Part shown: positions 43,701-56,900 of the stretch, one piece after another
Numbering within the stretch: position 1 is the stretch's first letter
How the letters are laid out: each line of letters begins with the position of its first letter
NCBI RefSeq assembly: GCF_009914755.1
Contig: NC_060933.1
Direction: 5' to 3' (one strand)
DNA: 64,000 nt
From: the human T2T-CHM13v2.0 reference genome, Homo sapiens
Made by a program: the position numbers and the translations under genes
Notes under the pieces: generated by a model
Told to the model about the DNA's origin: nothing
Seen by the model: only the letters and a program-made list of their open reading frames with translations
Databases searched by the model: none

Positions 43701-45400
43701 CCGGAATGGAATGGAATGGAATGGAATGGAATGGAATCAACCCGAGTGCAATGGAATGGAGAGGAACGGAATGGAATGGAATGGAAACTACCCGAGTGGA
43801 ATGGAATGTAATGGAGTGTAAGGGAATTGAATAGAATCAATCCGAATGTAATGGAATGGAATGGAACGGAACGGAATGGAATGGAATGGAATGGAACGGA
43901 ATGCAATGGAATGGAGTCAACACGAGTGCAATCGAATGGAGTCGAATGGAATGGAATGCAATGGAATGGATTCAACTTGAATGGAATGGAAAGAATGGAA
44001 TCAACACGAGTGGAATGGCATGGAATGGAATGGAATGGAATGGAATCAACCCGAGTACAGGGGAATGGAATGGAATGGAATGCAATGGAATGGAATCATC
44101 CGTAATGTAATGGAAAGGAATGGAATGGAATGGAATGGAATGGAATGGAATGGAATGGAATCAACTCGATTGCAATCGAATGGAATGGAATGGAATTAAC
44201 CCGAATAGAATGGAATGGAATGGAATGGAAAGGAGCGGAATGGAATGGAATGGAATGGAATGGAATGGAACCGAACGGAATGGAATGGAATGGAATGGAA
44301 TGGAATGGAATGGAATCAACGCGAGTGCAGGGGAATGGAATGGAATGGAATGGAATGGAATGAAATGCAATGGATTCAACTCGATTGCAATGGAATGGAA
44401 TAGAATGGAATGGAATGGAATGGAATGGAATTAACCCGAATAGAATGAAATGGAATGGAATGGAATGGTATGGAATTTAATGGAATGGAATCAACTCGAT
44501 TGTAATGGAATGGAATGGAATGGAATGGAATGGAATGGAATGGAATTAACCCGAATACAATGGAATGGAATGGAATGGAACGGAATGGAGTGCAATGGAA
44601 TGTAATCAACCCGAGTGCAGGGGAATGGAATGGAATGGAATGCAATGGAATGGAATCATCCGGAATGGAATGGAATGGAATGGAATGCAAAACAATGGAA
44701 TCAACTCGATTGCAATGGAATGGGATGGAATGGAAAAGAATAGAAAGGAATCAACCTGAGTGGAATGGAATGGAAAGGACTGGAATGGAGTGGATTGGAA
44801 TGGAACGGAATGGAATGGAATCAACTCGATTGGAATGGAGTGGAATGGAATTTGAATGGAATGGAATGGAATGGAATGGAATTAACCCGAATAGAATGGA
44901 ATGGAATGGAATGGACCGGAATGGTATGGAATGGAATGGAATGGAATGGAATGGAATCAACCCGAGTGTAATGGAATGGAGTGGAATGGAATGGAATGGA
45001 ATGGAACAACCCGAAGGGAATGGAATGTAATAGAGAGTAAGGGAGTTGAATGGAATCAATCAGATTGTAATGGAATGGAATGCAACGGAATGGAATGGAA
45101 TGGAATGGAATGGAATGGAATGCAATGGAATGGAATGAACTCGAGTACAATGGAATGGAATGGAATGGAATGGAATGGAATGGAATGGAATGGAATAGAA
45201 TGGAATGGAATTGAATGGAATGGAACGCCTTCAAACCGAATGGAATGGAAAGGAATGGAATCAACACGAGTGGAATGGAATGGAATGGAAAGGAATGGAA
45301 TGGAATGGAATGGTACGGAATAGAATGGAATGGAACGAACTGGAATGGAATGGAATGGAATGGAATGGAATGGAATGGAATGGAATCAACTCGATTGTAA
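34800..45400 (+). repeat. Higher-order block: ~5.13-kb unit, followed by a ~4.22-kb internally deleted unit, followed by a partial third unit
   Basis: AGGAGCGG at 34871/40004/44231 and TGGTATGGAATTTAATGG at 35106/40239/44466. ORF pairs 37140/41362 and 37731/41953 (offset 4222) and 39600/43827 (offset 4227). EcoRI sites at 39452/43679. Confidence 0.9.
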
Positions 45401-46559
45401 TGGAATGTTATGGAATGGAATGGAATGGAATGGAATTAACTGGAATACAATGGAATGGAATGGAATGGAACGGATTGGAGTGGAATGGAATGGAATCAAA
45501 CCGAGTGCAGGGGAATGGAATGGAATGGAATGCAATGGAATGGAATCATCCGGAATGGAATGGAATAGAATGGAATGCAATCCAAAGGAATCAACTCTAT
45601 TGCTATGGAATGGAATGGAATGGAATGTTATGGAATGGAATGGAATGGAATGGAATTAACCCGAATAGAATGGAATGGAATGGAATGGAACGGAATGGAA
45701 TGGAATGCAATATAATAGAATCAATCCGAGTGCAGGGGGATGGAATGGAATTTAATGCAATGGAATGGAATCAACCGGAATGGAATGGAATGGAATGGAA
45801 TGGAATGGAATTTTATCAACTCGATTGCAATGGAATGGAATAGAATGGAATGGAATAGAATGGAATGGAGTTAACCCGAATAGAATGGAATGGAATGGAA
45901 TGGAATGGAACGGAATGGAATGGAATGGAATGTAATGGAATCCACCCGAGTGCAGGGGAATGGAATGGAATGGAATGCAATGGAACGGAATCATCCGGAA
46001 TGGAATGGAATGGAATGGAATGGAATGGAATGGAATGGAAACAACTCGAAAGGAATGGAATGTAATGGAGTGTTAGAGAATTGAATGGAATCAGTCTGAA
46101 TGTAGTGAAATGGAATGCAACGGAATGGAATGGAATGGAATGGAATGGAATGGATTGCAATGGAGTAAACTCTATTGAATTGGAATGGAATGGAATGGGA
46201 CGGAATGGAATGGAATGGAATGGAATGGAATATAATGGAAGCAACCTGAGTGCAGGGGTATGGAATGGAATGGAATGCATTGGAATGGAATCATTCGGAA
46301 TGGAATGGATTGGAATGGAATTGAATGGAATAGAGTGGAATGGAATGCAATGGAATCAACTCGATTGCAATGGAATGGAATGTAATGGAATGAAATGGAA
46401 TGGAATGCAATGGAATGGAATGGAATGGAATGGAATGGAATTAACCCGAATAGAATGGAATGGAATGGAATGGAATGGAATGGAATGGAATGGAATGAAA
46501 CCGTGTGCAATGGAATGGAATGGAATGGAATGGAATGGATTCAACTCGAATGGAATCAA

Positions 46560-49500
46560 AGCGATTGCAATGGAATGGAATGGAATGGAAAGGAATAGAA
46601 TGGAATCAACCCGAGTGGAATGGAATGGAAAGGACTGGAATGGAGTGGAATGGAATGGAATGGAATGGAATCAAAACGATTGGAATGGAATGGAATCGAA
46701 TGGAATGGAATGGAATGGAATCAACTCAATTGCAATGAAATGGAATGGAATGGAATGGAATTACCCGAATAGAATACAATAGAATGGAATAGAACGGAAT
46801 GTAATGGAATGGAATGAAATGGAATCAAGCCGAGTGCAGGGGAATGGAATGGAATGGAATGCAATGGAATGGAATAATTCGGAATGTAATGTAATGGAAT
46901 GGAATGGAATGCAATGGAATCAAATCGATTTCAATGGAATGGAATGGAATAGAATGGAATGGAATTAACACGAATAGAATGGAATGGAATGGAATGGAAC
47001 GGAAAGGAATGCAATGGAACGGAATGGAATCATCCCAAGTGCAGGGGAATGGAATGGAATGGAATTCAATGGAATGGAAACATCCGGAATGGAAAGGAAT
47101 GGAATGGAATGGAATGGAATGGAACGGAATGGAATGGAATCAACCCGAGTGCAATGGAATGGAGAGGAATGGAATGGAATGGAATGGAAACTACCCGAAT
47201 GGAATGGAATGTAATGGAGTGTAAGGGAATTGAATAGAATCAATCCGAATGGAATGGAATGGAATGGAACGGAATGGAATGGAATTGAATGGAATGGAAT
47301 GCAATGGAATGGAATCAACCCGAGTGCAATCGAATGGAATCGAATGGAATGGAATGCAATGGAATGGATTCAACTTGAATGGAATGGAGAGAATGGAATC
47401 AACACGATTGGAATGGCATGGATTGGAATGGAATGGAATGGAATCAACCCGAGTACAGGGGAATGCAATGGAATGGAATGCAATGGAATGGAATCATCCG
47501 TAATGGAATGGAAATGAATGGAATGGAATGCAATGGAATGGAATGGAATCAACTCGATTGCAATCGAATGGAATGGAATGGAATTAACCCGAATAGAATG
47601 GAATGGAATGGAATGGAACGGAACGGAATGGAATGGAATGGAATGGAATGGAACGGAACGGAACGGAATGGAATGGAATGGAATGGAATGGAATCTACGC
47701 GAGTGCAGGGGAATGGAATGGAATGGAATGCAATGCAATGGAATCATCCGGAATGGAATGGAATGGAATGGAATGGAATGGAATCAACTCGATTTCAATG
47801 GAATGGATTGGAATAGAATGGAATGGAATTAACACGAATAGAATGGAATGGAATGGAATTGAATGGAACAGAAAGGAATGGAATGGAATGGAATGGAATC
47901 AACCCAAGTGCAGGGGAATGGAATGGAATGGAATTCCATGGAATGGATTCATCCGGAATGGAATGGAATGGAATGGAATGGAATGGAATGGAATAGAATG
48001 GAATGGAATGGAATCAACCCGAGTGCAATGGAATGGAGAGGAATGGAATGGAATGGAATGGAATGGAATCAACCCGAGTGCAATGGAATGGAGAGGAATG
48101 GAATGGAATGGAATGGAAACTACCCGAATGGAATGGAATGTAATGGAGTGTAAGGGAATTGAATAGAATCAATCCAAATGTAATGGAATGGAATGGAACG
48201 GAATGGAATGGAATTGAATGGAATGGAATGCAATGGAATGGAATCAACCCGAGTGCAATCGAATGGAATCGAATGGAATGGAATGTAATGGAATGGATTC
48301 AACTTGAATGGAATGGAGAGAATGGAATCAACACGATTGGAATGGCATGGATTGGAATGGAATGGAATGAAATCAACCCGAGTACAGGGGAATGCAATGG
48401 AATGGAATGCAATGGAATGGAATCATCCGTAATGGAATGGAAAGGAATGGAATGGAATGGAATGGAATGGAATGGAATCAACTCGATTGCAATCGAATGG
48501 AATGGAATGGAATTAACCCGAATAGAATGGAATGGAATGGAATGGAATGGAACGGAACGGAATGGAATGGAATGGAATGGAATGGAATGGAACGGAACGG
48601 AATGGAATGGAATGGAATGGAATGGAATGGAATCAACGCGAGTACAGGGGAATGGAATGGAATGGAATGCAATGCAATGGAATCATCCGGAATGGAATGG
48701 AATGGAATGGAATGGAATGGAATCAACTCGATTTCAATGGAATGGAATGGAATAGAATGGAATGGAATTAACACGAATAGAATGGAATGGAATGGAATGG
48801 AATGGAACAGAAAGGAATGGAATGGAATGGAATGGAATCAACCAAAGTGCAGGGGAATGGAATGGAATGGAATTCAATGGAATGGATTCATCCGGAATGG
48901 AATGGAATGGAATGGAATGGAATGGAATGGAATCAACCCGAGTGCAATGGAATGGAGAGGAATGGAATGGAATGGAATGGAAACTACCCGGATGGAATGG
49001 AATGTAATGGAGTGTAAGGGAATTGAATAGAATGAATCCGAATGGAATGGAATGGAATGGAATGGAACGGAACGGAATGGAATTGAATGGAATGGAATGG
49101 AATGGAATGGAACGGAACGGAACGGAATGGAATGGAATGGAATGGAATGGAATGGAATCTACGCGAGTGCAGGGGAATGGAATGGAATGGAATGCAATGG
49201 AATGGAATCTTCCGGCATGGAATGGAATGGAATGGAATAGAATGGAATGGAATGGAATGGAATGGAATCAACGCGAGTACAGGGGAATGGAATGGAATGG
49301 AATGGAATGCAATGGAATGGAATCATCCGTAATGGAATGGAAAGGAATGGAATGGAATGGAATGGAATCAACTCGATTGCAATCGAATGGAATGGAATGG
49401 AATTAACCCGAATAGAATGGAATGGAATGGAACGGAACGGAACGGAACGGAACGGAACGGAACGGAGTGGAATGGAATGGAATGGAATGGAACGGAGCGG

Positions 49501-52500
49501 AATGGAATGAAATGGAATGGAATGGAATGGAATCAACGCGAGTGCAGGGGAATGGAATGGAATGGAGTGGAATGGAATGGAATCTTCTGGAATGGAATGG
49601 AATGGAATGGAACGGAATGGAATTGAATGGAATGGAATTAACCCGAATAGAATGGAATGGAATGGTATGAAACGGAACGGAACGGAACGGAATGGAATGG
49701 AATGGAATGGAATGGAATGGAATTGTATGGAATGGAATGGAATGGTATGGAATAGAATGGAATGGAAAGAATTAGAATGGAATGGAATCGAATGGAATGG
49801 AATGGAATGGAATGGAATCAACCCGAGTGCAGCTGAATGAAATGGAACGGAATGCAATCGAATGGAATCATCCGGAATGGAATGGAATTCAATGGAATGG
49901 AATGGAATGGAAAGGAATGGAATCAACCCGAGTGCAATGGAATGGAGTGGAATGGAATGGAATGGAATGGAACAACCCGAATGGAATGGAATGTAATGGA
50001 GAGTAAGGGAGTTGAATAGAATCAATCCGAATGTAATGGAATGGAATGGAAGGGAATGGAATGGAATGGAATGGAATGGAATGCAATGGAAAGGAATCAA
50101 CCCGAGTGCAATGGAATAGAGAGGAATGGAATGGAATGGAATGGAAACTACCCGAATGGAATGGAATGTAACGAAGTGTAAGGGAATTGAATAGAATCAA
50201 TCCGAATGGAATGGAATGGAATGGAACGAAATGTAATGTAATGGAATGGAATGGAATCAACCCGAGTGCAGGGGAATGGAATGGAATGGAATGCAATGGA
50301 ACGGAATCATCCGGAATGGAATGGAATGGAATGGAATGGAATGGAATGGACTCAAATCGATTTCAATGGAATGGAATGGAATGGAAAGGAATAGAATGGA
50401 ATCAACCCGAGTGGAATGGAATGGAAAGGACTGGAATGGAGTGGAATGGAATGGAATGGAATGGAATCAAAACGATTGGAATGGAATGGAATCGAATGGA
50501 ATGGAATGGAATGGAATCAACTCAATTGCAATGAAATGGAATGGAATGGAATGGAATTACCCGAATAGAATACAATAGAATGGAATAGAACGGAATGTAA
50601 TGGAATGGAATGAAATGGAATCAAGCCGAGTGCAGGGGAATGGAATGGAATGGAATGCAATGGAATGGAATAATTCGGAATGTAATGGAATGGAATGGAA
50701 TGGAATGGAATGGAATCAAATCGATTTCAATGGAATGGAATGGAATAGAATGGAATGGAATTAACATGAATAGAATGGAATGGAATGGAATGGAACGGAA
50801 AGGAATGCAATGGAACGGAATGGAATCATCCCAAGTGCAGGGGAATGGAATGGAATGGAATTCAATGGAATGGAAACATCCGGAATGGAAAGGAATGGAA
50901 TGGAATGGAATGGAATGGAACGGAATGGAATGGAATCAACCCGAGTGCAATGGAATGGAGAGGAATGGAATGGAATGGAATGGAAACTACCCGAATGGAA
51001 TGGAATGTAATGGAGTGTAAGGGAATTGAATAGAATCAATCCGAATGGAATGGAATGGAATGGAACGGAATGGAATGGAATTGAATGGAATGGAATGCAA
51101 TGGAATGGAATCAACCCGAGTGCAATCGAATGGAATCGAATGGAATGGAATGCAATGGAATGGATTCAACTTGAATGGAATGGAGAGAATGGAATCAACA
51201 CGATTGGAATGGCATGGATTGGAATGGAATGGAATGGAATCAACCCGAGTACAGGGGAATGCAATGGAATGGAATGCAATGGAATGGAATCATCCGTAAT
51301 GGAATGGAAATGAATGGAATGGAATGCAATGGAATGGAATGGAATCAACTCGATTGCAATCGAATGGAATGGAATGGAATTAACCCGAATAGAATGGAAT
51401 GGAATGGAATAGAACGGAACGGAATGGAATGGAATGGAATGGAATGGAACGGAACGGAACGGAATGGAATGGAATGGAATGGAATGGAATCTACGCGAGT
51501 GCAGGGGAATGGAATGGAATGGAATACAATGCAATGGAATCATCCGGAATGGAATGGAATGGAATGGAATGGAATGGAATCAACTCGATTTCAATGGAAT
51601 GGAATGGAATAGAATGGAATGGAATTAACACGAATAGAATGGAATGGAATGGAATTGAATGGAACAGAAAGGAATGGAATGGAATGGAATGGAATCAACC
51701 CAAGTGCAGGGGAATGGAATGGAATGGAATTCCATGGAATGGATTCATCCGGAATGGAATGGAATGGAATGGAAAGGAATGGAATGGAATAGAATGGAAT
51801 GGAATGGAATCAACCCGAGTGCAATGGAATGGAGAGGAATGGAATGGAATGGAATGGAATGGAATCAACCCGAGTGCAATGGAATGGAGAGGAATGGAAT
51901 GGAATGGAATGGAAACTACCCGAATGGAATGGAATGTAATGGAGTGTAAGGGAATTGAATAGAATCAATCCAAATGTAATGGAATGGAATGGAACGGAAT
52001 GGAATGGAATTGAATGGAATGGAATGCAATGGAATGGAATCAACCCAAGTGCAATCGAATGGAATCGAATGGAATGGAATGTAATGGAATGGATTCAACT
52101 TGAATGGAATGGAGAGAATGGAATCAACACGATTGGAATGGCATGGATTGGAATGGAATGGAATGAAATCAACCCGAGTACAGGGGAATGCAATGGAATG
52201 GAATGCAATGGAATGGAATCATCCGTAATGGAATGGAAAGGAATGGAATGGAATGGAATGGAATGGAATGGAATCAACTCGATTGCAATCGAATGGAATG
52301 GAATGGAATTAACCCGAATAGAATGGAATGGAATGGAATGGAATGGAACGGAACGGAATGGAATGGAATGGAATGGAATGGAATGGAATGGAACGGAACG
52401 GAATGAAATGGAATGGAATGGAATGGAATGGAATGGAATCAACGCGAGTACAGGGGAATGGAATGGAATGGAATGCAATGCAATGGAATCATCCGGAATG

Positions 52501-53920
52501 GAATGGAATGGAATGGAATGGAATGGAATCAACTCGATTTCAATGGAATGGAATGGAATAGAATGGAATGGAATTAACACGAATAGAATGGAATGGAATG
52601 GAATGGAATGGAACAGAAAGGAATGGAATGGAATGGAATGGAATCAACCAAAGTGCAGGGGAATGGAATGGAATGGAATTCAATGGAATGGATTCATCCG
52701 GAATGGAATGGAATGGAATGGAATGGAATGGAATGGAATCAACCCGAGTGCAATGGAATGGAGAGGAATGGAATGGAATGGAATGGAAACTACCCGGATG
52801 GAATGGAATGTAATGGAGTGTAAGGGAATTGAATAGAATGAATCCGAATGGAATGGAATGGAATGGAATGGAACGGAACGGAATGGAATTGAATGGAATG
52901 GAATGGAATGGAATGGAACGGAACGGAACGGAATGGAATGGAATGGAATGGAATGGAATGGAATCTACGCGAGTGCAGGGGAATGGAATGGAATGGAATG
53001 CAATGGAATGGAATCTTCCGGCATGGAATGGAATGGAATGGAATAGAATGGAATGGAATGGAATGGAATGGAATCAACGCGAGTACAGGGGAATGGAATG
53101 GAATGGAATGGAATGCAATGGAATGGAATCATCCGTAATGGAATGGAAAGGAATGGAATGGAATGGAATGGAATGGAATCAACTCGATTGCAATCGAATG
53201 GAATGGAATGGAATTAACCCGAATAGAATGGAATGGAATGGAACGGAACGGAACGGAACGGAACGGAACGGAACGGAGTGGAATGGAATGGAATGGAATG
53301 GAACGGAGCGGAATGGAATGAAATGGAATGGAATGGAATGGAATCAACGCGAGTGCAGGGGAATGGAATGGAATAGAGTGGAATGGAATGGAATCTTCTG
53401 GAATGGAATGGAATGGAATGGAACGGAATGGAATTGAATGGAATGGAATTAACCCGAATAGAATGGAATGGAATGGTATGAAACGGAACGGAACGGAACG
53501 GAATGGAATGGAATGGAATGGAATGGAATGGAATTGTATGGAATGGAATGGAATGGTATGGAATAGAATGGAATGGAAAGAATTAGAATGGAATGGAATC
53601 GAATGGAATGGAATGGAATGGAATGGAATCAACCCGAGTGCAGCTGAATGAAATGGAACGGAATGCAATCGAATGGAATCATCCGGAATGGAATGGAATT
53701 CAATGGAATGGAATGGAATGGAAAGGAATGGAATCAACCCGAGTGCAATGGAATGGAGTGGAATGGAATGGAATGGAATGGAACAACCCGAATGGAATGG
53801 AATGTAATGGAGAGTAAGGGAGTTGAATAGAATCAATCCGAATGTAATGGAATGGAATGGAAGGGAATGGAATGGAATGGAATGGAATGGAATGCAATGG
53901 AAAGGAATCAACCCGAGTAC
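46560..53920 (+). repeat. Recent tandem duplication, 2 x ~3.80 kb
   Basis: Identical or near-identical ORFs at 47230/51026 and 48159/51955 (offset 3796), 49023/52829 (3806) and 49517/53328 (3811). Private variants ATTACCCGAATAGAATACAATAG, TCTACGCGAG, CTTCCGGCATGG and GTGCAGCTGAATG occur in both copies. Confidence 0.93.
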
Positions 53921-53959
53921 AATGGAATGGAATGGAATGGAATGGAATTGAATGGAATG

Positions 53960-56900
53960 GAATCAACCCGAGTGCAATGGAATAGAGAGGAATGGAATGG
54001 AATGGAATGGAATGCAATGGAATGGAATGGAATGGAATGAAATGCAAGGGAATGGAATCAACCCGAGTGCAATCGAATGGAATCGAATGGAATGGAAAGC
54101 AATGGAATGGATTCAACTTGAATGGAATGGAAAGAATGGAATCAACACGAGTGGAATGGCATGGATTGGAATGGAATGGAATGGAATCAACCCGAGTACA
54201 GGGGAATGGAATGGAATGGAATGCAATGGAATGGAATCATTCGTAATGTAATGGAAAGGAATGGAATGGAATGGAATGGAATGGAATGGAATCAACTCGA
54301 TTGCAATCGAATGGAATGGAATGGAATTAACCCGAATAGAATGGAATGGAATGGAATGGAACGGAACGGAATGGAACGGAACGGAATGGCATGGAATGGA
54401 ATGGAATGGAATGGAATGGGATGGAATGGAATGGAATGGAATGGAATCAAGGCGAGTGCAGGGGAATGGAATGGAATGGAATGCAATGGAATGTAATCTT
54501 CCGGAATGGAATGGAATGGAATGGAATGGAATGGAATGGAATGGAATGGAATGGAATCAACGCGAGTACAGGGGAATGGAATGGAATGGAATGCAATGGA
54601 ATGGAATCTTCCGGAATGGAAAGGAATGTAATGGAATGGAATGGAATCAACTCGAATGCAATCGAATGGAATGGAATGGAATTAACCCGAATAGAATGGA
54701 ATGGAATGGAATGGAACGGAACGGAACGGAATGGAATGGAATGGAATGGAATGGAACGGAACGGAACGGAATGCAATGGAATGGAACGGAATGGAATGGA
54801 ATCAACGCGAGTGCAGGGGAATGGAATGGAATGGAATGCAATGGAATGGAATCTTCCGGAATAGAATGGAATGGAATGGAATGGAATGCAATGGATTCAA
54901 CTCGATTGCAATGGAATGGAATAGAATGAAATGGAATGGAATGGAATGGAATTAACCCGAATAGAATGGTATGGAATGGAATGGAACGGAACGGAACGGA
55001 ACGGAACGGAATGGAATGGAATGGAATGGAATAGAATGCAATTGTTTGGAATGGAATGTAATGGTACGGAATAGAATGGAATGGAATGAATTGGAATGGA
55101 ATGGAATGGAATGGAATGGAAAGGAATGGAATGGAATCAACCCGAGTGCAGGGGAATGTAATGGAACGGAATGCAATGGAATGGAATCATCCGGAATGGA
55201 ATGGAATGGAATGGAATGGAATGGAATGGAATGGAATGGAATGGAATCAACCCGAGTGCAATGGAATTGAGTGGAATGGAATGGAATGGAATGGAACAAC
55301 CCGAATGGAATGGAATGTAATGGAGAGTAAGGGAGTTGAATAGAATCAATCCGAATGTAATGGAATGGAATGGAACGGAATGGAATGGAATGGAATTGAA
55401 TGGAATGCAATGGAATGGAATCAACCCGAGTACAATGGAATGGAATGGAATGGAATGGAATGGAATGGAATGGAATCAACTCTATTGCATTGGAATCGAA
55501 TGGAACAGAACGGAATGGAAAGGAGAGGAATGGAATGGAATGGAATGGAAACTACCTGAATGGAATGGAATGAAATGGAGTGTGAGGGAATTTAATAGAA
55601 TCAATCCGAATGGAATGGAATGGAATGGAACGGAATGTAATGTAATGGAATGGAATGGAATCAACCCGAGTGCAGGGGAATGGAATGGAATGGAATGCAG
55701 TGGAATGGAATCATCCGGAATGGAATGGAATGGAATGGAAGGGAATGGAATGGAATGGAGTGGAAAGGAATGGAATCAACCCGAGTGCAGGGGAATGGAA
55801 AGCAATGGAGTGCAATGGAATGGAATCATCCGGAATGGAATGGAATGGAATGGAATGCAAAGCAATGCAATCAACTCTATTGCAATGGAATGGAATGGAA
55901 TGGAAAGGAATAGAATGGAATCAACTCGAGTGGAATGGAATGGAAAGGACTCAAATGGAGTGGAATGGAATGGAATGGAATGGAAAGGAATCAACTCGAT
56001 TGGAATGCAATGGAATGGAATGGAATGGAATGGAATGGAATTAACCCGAATAGAATGGAATGGAATGGAATGGAACGCAACGGAACGGAACGGAATGGAA
56101 TGGAATGGAATGTAATGGAATGGAATCAACCCGACTGCAGGGGAATGGAATGGAATGGAATTCAATGGAATGGAATCATCCGGAACGGAATGGAATGGAA
56201 TGGAATGGAATCAACTCGATTGCAATGGAATGGAATAGAATGGAATGGAATGGAATGGAATGGAATTAACCCGAATAGAATGGAATGGAATGGAATGGAA
56301 AGGAATGGAAGGGAATGGAATGGAATGGAATCAACCCGAGTGCAGGGGATTGGAATGGAATGGAATGCAATGGAATGGAAACATCCGGAATGGAATGGAA
56401 TGGAATGGAATGCAATCAACCCGATGCAATGGAATGGAGTGGAATGGAATGGAATGGAATGGAATGGAAACATCCCGAATGGAATGGAATGTAATGGAGT
56501 GTAAGGGAATTGAATAGAATCAATCCGAATGTAATGGAATGGAATGGAATGAAATGGAATAGAATGGAATGGAATGGAATCAACCCGAGTGCAATGGAAT
56601 GGATTCGAATGGAATGGAATGGAATGGAATGGATTCAAGAAGAATGGAATGGAAAGAAATGGAATCAACCCGAGTGTAATGGCATGGAATGGATTGGAAT
56701 GGAATGGGATGGAATGGAATGGTACGGAATAGAATGGAATGGAATGAAATGGAATGGAATGGAATGGAATGAAATGGAGTGGAATTGAATGGAATGAACC
56801 CGTGTGCAATGGAATGGAATGCAATGGAATGGAATGGATTCCACTCGAATGGAATCAACTCGATTGCAATGGAATGAAATGGAATGGAAAGGAATAGAAT

